Assembly: GCF_009914755.1 (NCBI RefSeq)
Contig: NC_060925.1
Source: the human T2T-CHM13v2.0 reference genome, Homo sapiens
Direction: 5' to 3' (one strand)
Length of the DNA stretch: 64,000 nt
In this document: in pieces, positions 48,282-61,970 of the stretch
Position numbering within the stretch: the stretch's first letter is position 1
How the letters are laid out: the number at the start of each line of letters is the position of its first letter
Made by a program: the position numbers and the translations under genes
Notes under the pieces: generated by a model
Seen by the model: only the letters and a program-made list of their open reading frames with translations
Database searches by the model: none
Told to the model about the DNA's origin: nothing

Positions 48282-49333
48282 CCAACTTCTACTCTCTAAT
48301 TATCCCTCTCAAAGAAATCTTATGGCATCACACTTTCAGCACTCGTGAACTCCCTGTGTGGAAACAGAAAGTTCCCACAGAGTAGAGCAGGCACTAGGTG
48401 GCTGGAAGTAGTATGTTTAGTAGGATTGGAAACAAGCTTGAGTTCTAGGCTTCCTGGCTTCCCTGTTAAGAGAAAGGATTGGACTCCTAGATGGTTGCTT
48501 TGATGGAAAATCATCCTTCACCTTTTATACTACTTCCCTCCTGTGGCAATTCCAGTTATACTTGATATGGATTTTATTCCTTCCCAGACTCTTACCTGAA
48601 TTGTTTTGAAGGCTTACAGTCTTCATAGGGTTGTTGTCTAGATTGTGGAATTGTCCTAAGGATGAAATGAGAAAATGTGTTGTGTGGTACTTGGCATAAA
48701 GCCAGGAATATACTAAGTGCTCAGTAAATGATAACTGGCATTGCAATTGCTGCTGCTGCTTTAGTTGCTGTGAGAGGGTGTTTGATCTGGATAAAGCAGA
48801 ACAGACAGATCCCCAGAATGCCAGGCCGGTAAAAGGAGCTTTTGGAAGCTTTTCCTCTTCCCTATTTTATATCTGAAAGGTAACAGAAAGCATAGGCTAC
48901 TCCATAGGCTGCACTGCCCTCTTCGGGGTTCCTGACCAGCCCAGAAAGGCTTTGCCCTTGGGGCCTGAGAGTGGTGGTGTTGTTTCCCATCTACTCAGTA
49001 TTATGAGGTGACTAAGTGATAGAAATCACCTGGCCAATATTAAAGAGAAATGATTACAAATGATAATGAATAGAAATAAATAATACATGATGGATAGACA
49101 TTAAGTTATTTCAATAAGAGGAAATGTTGGCTCAGTTCACATATTGCTTTCCTGTGCTTTGGAGTGGTCTTTAATCTGTGTTTGCTGAACCAAACACTTC
49201 TGGATTTTTCCCTTAGGGGTGTGAGGATATTGCTTCATGGGGGAGAGCTCCAGCTGAGTCTGTTAGTCTGTAAAGCAGAGAAATGACCCCCTTGGCTTGA
49301 CCTCTGGGGGTGGGGGTGGGCGATGTCTTGCAG

Positions 49334-49549
49334 GTCATGAAGACATATCACATGTACAATGCCGACAGCATCAGTGCTCAGAGCAAACTAAAGGAGGCGG
49401 AGAAGCAGGAGGAGAAGCAAATTGGTAAATCGGTAAAGCAGGAGGACCGGCAGACCCCATGCTCCCCTGACTCCACGGCCAACGTTCGCATTGAGGAGAA
49501 ACATGTCCGGAGGAGCTCAGTGAAGAAGATTGAGAAGATGAAGGAGAAG
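49334..49549 (+). CDS. SRGAP2C: Coding exon 5 (216 nt), VMKTYHMYNAD...KIEKMKEK, ~aa 163-234; contains C205
   Basis: Acceptor tcttgcag|GTC, donor AAG|gtatgt. Lies within ORF 49310-49573. TGC codon at 49460-49462. Confidence 0.96.
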
Positions 49550-50188
49550 GTATGTAGGCTCCCACAGCTGTAGATGCTGGGAAGCAACATTCGGTAAGGC
49601 ATGGCTGATAGGAATTTCCCAATAGTCACTGGGAAGAGCAGACGAGGAAGCTCTGGGTTCTTTTAGTGCCTAATGACTGAAAATGAGGCCTTGCTCTGTG
49701 CCCTGGCAGGAATACTAGGTATTGGAAGAACTGGGCACGTGGGATCCAAGATTCTAGCCTCTAGCAGAAAACCAAGAAACAGCAGTCACCTTTCCCAATC
49801 CATTTTCCAAATAGAGCTCAATATCCTATTGCTTTGGAGGGGTTGGGGGTGACTGTAAACCTAGGATTTGGTTTCAGGTATCAGGTGTTCAGGGGCAAGA
49901 GTAGTGGTACCTCCTTCAGAGTGGCATTGCAAGAATGAAGAATGATATTTGAAGATAGAATCAAAGCGGGGCACGCATCTTAAGTAGGGAGCCTCATTAA
50001 CCTTTCCTGAATTGATCTACATTGTGCCCTTGAATCTCATTAAACAGAATTAGAACCCAATTTAAGGCAGATGCGCATAGGGAGTAGCAACACAATTGTA
50101 GTTCTTGAATACACTGTACTTTTATCTTTTAGAGAACAAGCCCCCCTTTAAAAAAAAAGGTAAAAGTGAACTTCTGTTTCCTTTTCAG

Positions 50189-50317
50189 CACCAAGCCAAG
50201 TACACGGAGAATAAGCTGAAGGCCATCAAAGCCCAGAATGAGTACTTGCTGGCTTTGGAGGCAACCAATGCATCTGTCTTCAAGTACTACATCCATGACC
50301 TATCTGACCTTATTGAT
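50189..50317 (+). CDS. SRGAP2C: Coding exon 6 (129 nt), HQAKYTENKLKAIKAQNEY...DLSDLID, ~aa 235-277; contains H235 and Q250
   Basis: Acceptor tttccttttcag|CAC, donor GAT|gtaagt. CAC at 50189-50191, CAG at 50234-50236. Confidence 0.96.
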
Positions 50318-50681
50318 GTAAGTGCTTAAAGCCAAGGGCCTGAGGGCCCCTCTTTTCTGGTTTCAGAATACTCGTCAGACATTCCCGATACTATTGTTCA
50401 GGAATCTGGTGCATTTTGAGAACAATTAGGAAGATAGCAGCCATGATCCATCAGAGTGCTTGCCAAGCACCATGTGAAACACTTCACACTTATTCAATCC
50501 TAACTGGAATTCTGGGAGGAAGGCATTATTATCTATATTTTTACAGATTAACAGAGAGTTTAGATGACTTAGTCAGAGTCAGTTAACAAATGACAGAGGC
50601 AAAATTTGCACCTAGGCCTGATGACTCAACCCAGGCTCATAACCACTACACTCGTCTATCTGCCAGGAAATACTTTCTTCC

Positions 50682-51041
<360 letters not shown>

Positions 51042-52611
51042 TGAGTGGCAAGAACTTAACTAAAGAGTTACAATGCCATCCCTTATATTTGTATAGCATT
51101 TAAGGTTTCTCGGTGTTAACTCATTTAACTCTCACATCACCATTATGGGTAAGCATTGCTGTCTCCAGTTGCTAGATAAGGAAGCTCAAGGTCCAGAGGA
51201 CTACGAGACTCACTTGTCCAAGGTTATGCTGCAAATTAGGGTCCTGTCAGGAAGGTATCCAGCTCCCCCTGACATCTGGCCCATTTTTAAAAATATGTGA
51301 TGCAAAGGGGATTGAGGAAAGCGGTTAATAGGCACATGTGTTTTGCAAGGGGCAAGCGCAGAGATAAGCTTTTTGTTTTTTGCCTGTGAGTTATTCTTGG
51401 CCTTGTTTTTCCTGCTGCTTCCCCTTACAGTTGGGTCTTACAAGCCCTCTCACCTACAGACTCCAATCTGGCCCAGGTCCTGAGCCACACCTAAGTGAAG
51501 CTATGTAATTACACCCTTTCTCACCTCTCCTTCCAGTCATCAAAGTGAGGCATCTGGAGCCAGCCAATTTAGCATCCCAGTCTCTGGGGCTTCAAGTGTA
51601 TCTCATCTCGGAGGCCTGCCATTTGTTTCAGGGTCTTGTTGGCAGCAGTTGGGCTTTGCAAAACTCTGGCCCGACCACTCTTGCTTTCCTGCCTTGGTTT
51701 CTCCACAAGCAAACCTGCCACACCTCACAACATCATATGGGATTTGGGTCCGAGTCTTGCTGTTATATCACCACCTGGGTCATCTAGGCTTGTCACTGAA
51801 TTGTTCTGGAACCCAGCTTTGTTTCTCACCCACTCCCAAGCTCCTCTAGCTAACTGAAGAACTGGACTAATTCCCTGGTATTAAAATCTGGCCTCACGTA
51901 AGAGTTGCTTGGGGAACTTCTCTAAAATACAGATTCCTGTCTCCCTTTAGCCGAGGATTTTTGATTCAGTAGATTTCAGCCACTTAATGCCCTAGGTGTC
52001 ATTGTCTCACTGGGTTAGTAGAGCCTTGCTCCCTGTTCTGGTACCTCTTTGTTCTCTCTGCTTGTTGATGACAATCTGAACACTGTCCTTCAATGGAGGT
52101 CAAAGCCCTAAACAAGATCCTTTCTCCTCCTCAGGGGAAGAGCTCCTCATTGTTGGGAGAGAGGCCTGTTCTCAGCATAAGGAAGAGAATCCATTCTTTC
52201 TTATGCACAATTTCTGCTATTTATCTCGCATTTGGTAAAAATTCAGACTGTGCTGTCTGCCACACCGCTGCTATTGGTTAGCCCTCTTCTCTTTTTTTGT
52301 ACTCAAGGCAACTTCCCTACCTTTTTCACCGAAATACTGATCTCAGGGGAAGGGAGGGGTTACTGCTGTATCAGCCACAACCTTTGCAATCCATAGATTC
52401 TCCATCAGGTATAACCAAGTGTTTTAAAATCAGTCCAAGAAGCGAGGTATTTTGTACCTTATTTTCATCATTTAAAAAAAAAAAAACGTCTGCTAAGAGC
52501 CTAATTTCACAGGATGTGGTGTGACATGCCATTGAAAAAGAGGCTGCCTTAGTACTTGGCAGGGTGTGGGTCTAGATCACTGGGATCAAAAGGCTACATA
52601 GGTAGTAATAA

Positions 52612-52890
<279 letters not shown>

Positions 52891-53569
52891 GTTTCTTTGC
52901 TGCTGTTTTGGTTGTGTCTTGTTTTAGTTTGTTGGTTGGTTGGGTTTTTGTTGTTTTTCCTGGGATATGGACACATTCATTATTTTTTTTAAAGTTGTAT
53001 TATTCTGCTCTATAAATGTTCAGTAAATATTTATTTAGGGAGAAGCCACGTGCTCAGTATTGGGGTAAAAATGGATTATAGTAGTTCTCACCCTAGAGGT
53101 AGTCATAGGCTGTAAGACAACATTTTTCAAACCATTGGTCAGATCCCTTAAGAAAGTCAGGAAATCACTTTTATTGGTTTAACCTGTGTTTTCAGATGAC
53201 TAGATGAGACTAGAATAAGAAAGAAAATATTAGAGTACATCACATTGGTAAGATTATGTGAAACTTTTATGTTAGATATGTATGTACACACTTGTACATC
53301 CTATGGGGAAGTGTGTGACAATAGAAGATGTGTTTCTTATTGTGAGTTGGGAGTCAAAAAAGTGTTAGTGAGCCATTGTACTATGAACAGAGGAAGATCT
53401 CAGTCTCATCTGTTAAGTTCTGTGAGAGCAGGAACCAAGAGTTTTCTTTACCTTAGTAGCCTCCAGTGCTTAATATATAGCTGAGCACATAGTGTGTTTA
53501 CTGAAGGAAGAAAGGAATAGAAAGAGGAGGAAGATGATCATCTAAGCTAAGATCGGTTTTTCTTTTTGT

Positions 53570-53932
53570 ACCTTTCAATATGGTTTTGAAGTATAATTTA
53601 CATACAGTAACTAAACTTAAGTGTTACAGTTTCAAGAGTTTTGACAAATTTGTACATCTTTGTAATCTATGTCAAGATATAGAAAAAATATTTTGATAAG
53701 AGATATCTTTCCATTGCCTCAGAAAGTTTCTCTTGTCTCTTCCCAGCCAATCCCCCACCCCAAGGCAACCACTGTTATGATTTCTTTCACCATAAATTAG
53801 TTTTGCCCATTGTAGAACTTCACAAAGATGGGATTATCCTTTTTTGTGTCTGGCATCTTTTGCCAACATGATGTTTTTGAATTTCATCCATGTTGTTTGC
53901 ATGTATCGGTAGTGTCTTTCTTTTTCTTGCTG
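53570..53932 (-). mobile_element. L1M 3' fragment
   Basis: gaagtataatttacatacagtaa...caaggcaaccactgtt...ttagttttgcccattgtagaacttcac...ttcatccatgttgtt. Confidence 0.75.
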
Positions 53933-55864
53933 ACCTATGAGATAAAAAGGGCCAAAAGGATGCAGTTAGAGCAGGACTAAGTGAGGAGCCTGGGATATTG
54001 GCATCCTGATCTTAACATTATTCATTACTTGCTTTAAGACACGGGATGAATCCTGTTGCAGTCCATTGCCATCTGTGTCATGTACAGCCTTCTGCCTCCT
54101 TCCTAGTGGTTCTGAAGCCAAATGTGTGCATAAGGCATTGAGGATAAGTGAAAAGAAGTTATTTTTGTTGATGCCATTACATTGACCAAGGACTAGCCTC
54201 CGACTTCTTTTTATAGTATAGTACAAGATTTAAACTTCAGACTGTAGGAATCCACGTGAGGCATCTGCCACACTGGGGAAACCTTGACTTCAGGCCAAAA
54301 AGACGTTCTGAGCTCATTTGATGGCATCTAAGAATGGTAGGCTCACTGGAATGTAATTTTCCTCCCCCATACTCTTCTGGCTCTCTCAACCCAGGAGCAG
54401 ATGGATGAATGAAGAACAGGGCATTGTCCTCATGCATAGCTGGAGTGTTGTAAGTGCCGTGTACATGTATGGAAGGTCTTTGACACCATGTGCACCCAAG
54501 TCGGACATGAGGGAACTTGGCTGTTTCAGTAAGAAATGTCATTAAGGACAGTTATTTTTCTCTTTTGTGTGAACCTGAACTGTGAAACACCCATTTTTCC
54601 TTTCCAGGCCTTGTGGAGTCTCTGGGTGAAGATATCAGCTGGGAAAGGGTTAATGAGCTATCAACTCAAGTCATCATACATCTGGATGGGCTGTCATTAA
54701 CTTCTTACAAAAATTTGATTTCCCCTGAGAGATTTTTCATCAAACATTTATATAACCCAGAAATGGCCAGGGGAGTCCAGCGTGGCCACAGAACTCATCA
54801 GAAGCCATGGAAAGCCTGCTTTGTCCCCACTGTGAGCAAAATAATGTGCTTCCTGTACTTATTGGGATTCTTCTTGGAACAGGATGAAATATTCAAATCT
54901 CATTTACCCAACCTTGCCAGATATTGCTTCTTCGCTGAAGGCTCGGTTTCTGACTGTTTCCCCTACAGGTATATAGATAGTCAAGACTCTGGAGAACCTC
55001 TTCCGAATCTGCCTGGTTGGCTAGAGGTGTAGAGGAGCCAGGGGCACATTGTGACTCAGACCCTCACTCATTGGCACAAAGAAGCTACAGAATAGTTATA
55101 TAAACAGAGGCAGTGCGCCAGCCTGGGAAAACTCCCAGCCTCCCTTTGGCCATAGAGTAAGCAAAACAAATGGCTTCACTGGCCCCATCTACCCACTTGA
55201 CTTAGGTCAGTATTCAGCCTAAATGTTTTATTTCCTGAGAGGCTGGAATCTGTATTTGTGGTATCAATCAGTCAACTGAAATTTATTAAATGCCTGCTGT
55301 GAGCAAGGCCTAATGCTGAGGGATGTAAAGAAGAGTGAGAAGCTAGTCTGGTTGGGGTGATATGACATGGCAAGTCATAGAATGAAGAAGCGTATTCCTT
55401 GTCATATGAAAGCTGCAGATTAGTGTGGTTCTAAGTAGAGGCCAGGGTCACTGGAGTCTAGGATTGCAGGGTTGGCTGGCTTCCCAGAGGCTAAGAATTT
55501 AATTTGGATCTTGAAGATCTGGTCCAATTCCAACAGGTGAGAGGCATAGGAAACATTTAAGGAAAAGGACATTCTGGGAGCTGAAGGGCAGAGGTCAGTG
55601 GATTTGGAGCTATATTAGTATTTTTTAAAAGTGTCTACATGGTACCAAATATCTGTAAATATATTGCCTGTTAGCCTACAACAACCTGTGTGGCTGGTGT
55701 TATCCTCATTTGAGGCCCAGAAGGATTAAGTAGCTTGCTTATGGCCATATAGCTGATTTGAAGACTAATACTCTACCCTAAACAGAGAGTATCTCATTGG
55801 ATTAGAGCAGATGAATCTGAAGAAGAAAATAAAGGGAGTTGATGTTGGATGGGTAGATTGAAGA

Positions 55865-56045
55865 CAGATTACAGTTTGTTCTGGCTATTGAACCTTGCTC
55901 AAATTGTTTAACTTCACTGAACCTCAGCTTTCAAGCCTGGAAAATTAAGATTATACCAACCTCATTGGGGTTATTATGAGGATTAAAATGTAGAATGTAT
56001 ATAAAGCACTTAGCACATGGACTGACGTATAGTAAGCATACTTAG
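55865..56045 (+). mobile_element. MIR
   Basis: tttaacttcactgaacctcagcttt...acctcattggggttattatgaggattaaa...taaagcacttagcaca. Confidence 0.8.
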
Positions 56046-58063
56046 TGAAATAGAAGCATTTTTTAAATTTCAAAACTGAGGAAGGTGGATTTTACCTTGG
56101 GGAAAAAAAATGAGAGGTATTTTAGGTTCTTCAACAGGAAAGTGCCATAATTAAAGTCACAGTTTAGGACAGTGATGCTGACGGTGAGGGTATGAATAGG
56201 GGTAGAGGTAGTAAGAATGGAGAGGAAAGGGAAATTACCAAAAACAGGTAAAAGTTTTTTGAAGGGTAACTTTTCTCTCCCAGATTCTACCCCCTGCCCA
56301 CACCCCCTCCACCCACACTCATACACTCTGTGGGCCGTGTTACTTCTGTTCATTAGACTTATAGGCATAGAGCTCATCAACAGGGTCTACATAGAGCTAG
56401 TCAGGAAGGTTTACAGGTTCAAGGGCAGCCTGGTGAGACCAGCAGCATCTCCCAGAGAGCCCATGCCCGTGCAGCGTCCTAATGAGCCACTTTTGTCTAG
56501 CTTCCATTTGCTCTTCCCTCCCAACTGAATTTAATGTCTTTCCATCCTCTGCCTCTAGTTAAGTTGTAACTGCTGTTATTCCACTGCAGCCAGGCAGCTG
56601 CCAGGGCCTGTTGGCACTGAACCCAGAGCCCAACCCAACTGATGTTCTCACTGAGCTTCTTGTCAGATGCCAGGAAAGAGGAGGCACATCATATGCCTTT
56701 TCTTCCCCAATAGTAGCTGCTTCCAATGTGATCATGATGAGAGGAAAAGGCTGTGGGGAGAGTTAATTTGATGCTTGCTTGTGCAATGAAATGGCAATCA
56801 GGCAGATGGCCTTACTCTATGCATAGATTCTTCTTTGAGGTTTCTTCTCAGGACCCGGACCTCAGAGCTGCTTAAGCAATAGAGAGGATGATGGATGGCC
56901 AAGGAATTGGGATCTCTGGGTCTTTTGGGAGGGATGGGGAATATTATCACAGAGTTACAGAATGCCATTGCTGAAGAGGGCCTTAGGGATTACATTTAGT
57001 CCAAGGATTTTCAGACTTTTCTCTAACAGAAGAATTCTTTCTTCAAACCAAACCTTACATAGAATCCCTAAATATTAAATAGAAAAAAGAGCAGGGTTGG
57101 CTTGGTTGAAGGAGGAATAGAAGACTCCAAGTCCTAGTAGTTGGGCTGTCCTTTTACTCACTTCTCAAGGGCAGCTTCAGTGCCAGCTCTGGTCTACTGC
57201 TTGAAAGCCACTAGCCTGGCCAAATCTGTTCATTTTACTATGGAAGAAACAGGTCCAGAGAAGGGGAGTGGCTTTTCCAAGGTTGCTTGATTCTGCGCCA
57301 GTGCTTTTTTTATACAGTTGCCTCTTTTTGCATTTTGTTGTAAAAAATCAGAATCCTTTACATGGCATGAATTTTTCCAGTAACACTTTTGCGTAGAGCT
57401 TTTTAGTCTTATAAATGCTATTTCTGTAGTGCAGGGCCATCTGTTGTCAGATGCCAGGAAGGAGGAGGCATGTCAGAAACCCTAGTCTGCAGCTAAGGCC
57501 TGTCCTAGGATGTTGGGCATTGGTGGGGATGATGACCCACAGAGTCAGCTCCCCATTCTCTCCTTCTCCCATCTAGAGTTGAGCTTGCATACATTAGCTG
57601 CTGTTGCAATACTCCTGCTTTCAGAACCCTGAAATGGCCTGGCTTGGTTGCTATATAGTGATTTAACCACAGTAACCCTCAGTGAGTGGCAGGTTGTATT
57701 TTTATTGTTGAATTTTGTTATAATGACAACCCCAGATAAACCTGAAAATGAAAGAGGATTCTCTTTAACTCTCAATTCTTCTCATGTTTATGAAATAGCG
57801 CTTAATTAAATAATGTCATTTTATCCTTATGAGTCTTCTTCCTCCTAACCACCTCACAGCCCTCTAGGGTGTGTTTAACCGTTGAATTGGGAGTCAAGAA
57901 CTGAGAACTCTCACCCAGACCTTGGAAGTCGGAATGTCAGCCGTCTTTCTACTGCACAGCCAAGCCTATTGATGTGGTCAGATCTGCCCTCTGGACCACC
58001 TTCCTTTTCTGCCAAGCCTTGGGGCTGTCCATGGTGTGCTCATGTGCCTTCTCCTTCCCACAG

Positions 58064-58288
58064 CAGTGTTGTGACTTAGGCTACCATGCAAGTCTGAACC
58101 GGGCTCTACGCACCTTCCTCTCTGCTGAGTTAAACCTGGAACAGTCGAAGCATGAGGGTCTGGATGCCATCGAGAATGCAGTAGAAAACCTGGATGCCAC
58201 CAGTGACAAGCAGCGCCTCATGGAGATGTACAACAACGTCTTCTGCCCCCCTATGAAGTTTGAGTTTCAGCCCCACATGGGGGATATG
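58064..58288 (+). CDS. SRGAP2C: Coding exon 7 (225 nt; 222 nt from alternative acceptor at 58067), QCCDLGYHAS...QPHMGDM, ~aa 278-352
   Basis: Acceptor ctccttcccacag|CAG|TGT (NAGNAG), donor ATG|gtgagg. Lies within ORF 57974-58348. Confidence 0.95.
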
Positions 58289-58419
58289 GTGAGGCCCTTT
58301 CCCTATACCCCCACCCTCAAGGGGCTTGAGTGGAGTTGTCTAGATTAATTACACAGAAGGCACATTATTCTGGGGTGGGAGAGGCCTGGGCCCGGCTTTT
58401 TGTCAGGTGGGTGAGGCAC

Positions 58420-58800
58420 ATTCCACTTATTGAGCAAACAGTTAGTGAGTGCCTGCTGTCAGACACTCGGGCTTGGGTGCAGACATGGGGGATTAAAGCC
58501 CTCGGGGAGCTTACAGTCTGGGGAATAAGGTCGCTAAGGCTTGAGGAGGGTTCAAACTATGCATAGAGAGGGGTATCCAAAGGGGCCCAGCAGGATCAAA
58601 GAAGGTGAAAAACAGCAGGTATATTCTAAAAACTACCAACAGTTCAGGATGGTGAAAGGAAAGTGAGGGAGGGGGGCGCTCCCAGTGGTGAGGCTAGAAG
58701 AAATGAGAGCTGAGGTGGGGCCACATCCTAGAGGCTTTAGTGGGGAAGCGAGGGCTAGGTAGGGAATGCTGTGATCTTTTGGCGTTTGGCAGAGTTCTGA
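58420..58800 (-). mobile_element. L2 fragment
   Basis: cattccacttattgagcaaac...gagtgcctgctgtcagacact...ccctcggggagcttacagtctgggg. Confidence 0.6.
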
Positions 58801-61800
58801 ATAATCTTATTCTCCTGAAGTTAGAAGACTGTGATGAAGTGTATAGTTTTGTTTGGGTATTGAATAAAAAAGAATGGGTACCTGCAGGAAGGAAAGGAGC
58901 TAAGATGCTATCCCAAAGGCCTGATGCTGGTTGCCCAGACAGGGGAGCATGAACATGGGGGCCTTGTTTTGGACTCTTAGCCTCCAGTGACTAGAATAAA
59001 AAGGGCCTAAAAAAGCTAAAGTGAGAGGCAGGAGAAGCTCCTGGGTTTTCATAGTTCTGAATCTTTTGGTTCCACTTGTGTGGTTGTGTGTACAAGTCAG
59101 AGTGAACCTCATTCCTGTGGATAAGAGCCACCATTTCTCCTACTGGTGAAATTAGAAGGAGGTTGTATAGGGCTTATGCGATAGAAAAGATCAAGATGGA
59201 CCTTTGGGTATAGTTGGCTTTAGGAGGAGGAATTTTACCAAGACACTGTTTTGCTGTCTCTGTACTACTTCCTGTGTGTTAACTCCATTCTCAGACAGGC
59301 CATTCTCCCATGGAGGCAAGGTGACTGCATTTCCAGCCTTCCCTGGTAGGTTGAAATCTAGTGGAAAGAGTCTCTGCCTCCCTCCTCAAAGCCCCCATAA
59401 AGTTTGTGTGTCTCATTGGTTTTGATTGGGTAAAGTGCTTATGCCTGGGTCCATGCAAAGCACGTGGCCTGAGTTGTGGAGTGGGAGGTTCCCCTCGCCG
59501 AGGGCAGTTAGACCAAAGCTACCAAAAAAAGGAGGAGTGGACGCCGGGGACCAAAAAACAGCAACATGTGTGCTCCTCAGGAATGATGCTTCCCTTAAGA
59601 TTAGCATCCAGACTCTAGAAATCCCCACTCCAGAATGACAGCTGTGGCAGTGGAACCAGAGGATTTGCTGTCATCAGTTGGCCTCTATGGAGAGTGAGAC
59701 GCTGTCCTGGAGATAGAAATGTGGAGTTGGTTTCCTTCCTTTCCTTCTTGGGGAAAATCAAACCATTTACAGTTCATTTCCATTGCTGTGGCTTAGGAAA
59801 TGTCAGTGTCTGAACAGATGGAGAAGTGAGATGGCAGCATGTGCAATTAGAATTGGGGGAAGGGGTGTCACCAAGCCTCAGGAAGCCCCATTCCTCACCT
59901 GCCCTGGCTTCTGGTCAAACTTGCCTTCCAAGCACCTTCTCCAGCTGTCACTGAGGTTCCTTCCCAGGGATCAGTGGAACTTGGGGACCAGCTGAGTGGA
60001 GTGATACATTTTCTGGTGTTAGTGACTGAGTTGCCTTCTGAGCCAAACAGCTTGTCTCCATAAAGGAGGAATCCAGATGCTGGGTGCTCAAGCCCCCTTC
60101 TCCCCCTGTCAGAGCCTTATTTCCATACTCCGGAGTGCAGCTGAAGTGTATTACCTTGCACCCTGGTAGCGGACCACTGTCAAAGCATACATCATCATCA
60201 GCTCTGCTACTTCTTAAAGGAACAGGCTTGGAGGTGGTTTTTCCCTCCATGATTCCTCTCTGCTAGCTCACTCTTCTGCCAGGGCCCTCCCTTTATGTAA
60301 TATAGCTGATCAGTGGCTGAGCCAGGCAGGGGCCAGGACCAGTCCTGGAGCTTGTGAAGGTTCCGCATTCTAGCCTAGCCTTCATATGAGTGAAATAAAA
60401 AGAGATGAGAGGGTGGGTCATTCTTGGCCTCTGCAGCCAGTCTATCCCCATCAGTGTGGGTTGTCTGCAGATTGTGGAGGCAACAGGAGGGAGCTGCCTG
60501 GAAGTCGTTGAACTAGGGCCAAAGATTGGGTAGCATTTTGACCGGAAGCCTTAAAATTGGCCAAGGTCCCACACTAACTGGTGTTCTGGGGTGCACAGCA
60601 CATGAATTGATGCCAAGTGCTCTCAGATGTACTAGGAGGAGGTGCTTGGCTCCATTTTTGGTGCCCTCAGAGGCTGTGGGACTCTGGATGCCTGACTGGT
60701 GACATCAGGCAGCCAGAGAATTTCACTCTTGGCGCTAACCGGTTCTGGCCACTGAGCTTTCTCCATTGTGTCTGCTTATCCAAGAGTTAGAGTGAAGTCA
60801 GCTCTCTGTGGATCTGAGAGTTGGGTCAGGCCAGCCTCTCAGCTGGGGGAAGAGGTCAAGTCAGTTGGGAGCTTAAAAGCCAATGGAGGAAAAGGTCAAG
60901 TCCCAGCCCCCTCCATTTGAAGAAAGGTTTTTTCTTTTCAAGCAAGGGAATGGTCCGTGGGCATGTGAATGTGCCCACTCTTTGCTGAGGAGGAAGGAGG
61001 CCATTTCTATCCAGATGTCTCTCTGCAGACAAGAGGCTAAAGGACGAACGGTAACAAGGTGACAGGAGCTGTCTCCACATGGGTCCTGCCTCCCAACTCT
61101 CTCAGCCTTCTGCTCTCATCTGTCATCCAGGGGACTGTGGATGACCTCATCCCATAACCACATCTCCAATGGGAGACAGTGGAACAGCCATTCCTTCACA
61201 CAGGGGAAAGCTAATTGGCAATAATCCTTGCGGGAAGGTCAGACTCCTCTCTTACAGATCTAGGGAAGGCCTGGGGTAAAATGATGGCTCTTTGGAAAAT
61301 GCCAAGCTCCTTCAGATTCCATACCCTCTCGGGCCCTCTAGCATAGGCAACGAACTTGTTCCTGGCTTCACGCTTTCTCATTGAATCAAAGCTCTCAAGC
61401 ATGGCCTGGATTTGTAAACACATGCTGGCTGCCAGCAGTGGCAAGTTAGCCTCCTGACCCACTTCTCTCCTGCTTTCACTCTGGTGTATGAAGGGGGATG
61501 AGGGAGGGGCCAGAGAGGTGGCCACTTGGACCTTTGGCAGGAAATCTTCACTGTGCCAAAGCATTGTGTTTCTGGAGCCGGAGCTGCCTGAGGCACTCTT
61601 CTCCAGCCTCCTCAGCCTTCCATGGAGCTGCAGACCCTACATAGACCTACCCCTGCCGGGCTCCAAACAGATCCCCCTACCCATTCCTTTCATGTACTGT
61701 TTGGTCCTGGAAGAGGCTCACACAAGTTGGCTTTGGGTTTTGCTTCAACATAGAAACCACGAGCCTTATACCTTGAATATGGGTAGTTTCATTGCCAGTA

Positions 61801-61868
61801 ATGGGAACTCTGGAACTGCCAAAGGGACTGTATCCTCTTTCTGACCTGGTGTTGCTTTCTTTTGTTAG

Positions 61869-61970
61869 GCTTCCCAGCTCTGTGCCCAGCAGCCTGTCCA
61901 GAGTGAGCTGGTACAGAGATGCCAACAACTGCAGTCTCGCTTATCCACTCTAAAGATTGAAAACGAAGAG
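61869..61970 (+). CDS. SRGAP2C: Coding exon 8 (102 nt), ASQLCAQQPVQSELVQRCQQLQSRLSTLKIENEE, ~aa 353-386
   Basis: Acceptor ctttcttttgttag|GCT, donor GAG|gtgagt. Manual translation matches SRGAP2. Confidence 0.95.

Noticed and set aside
50231-50237. New AG created by R250Q as an in-frame cryptic acceptor
   Set aside because: No polypyrimidine tract upstream, and the natural acceptor 48 nt away is strong.
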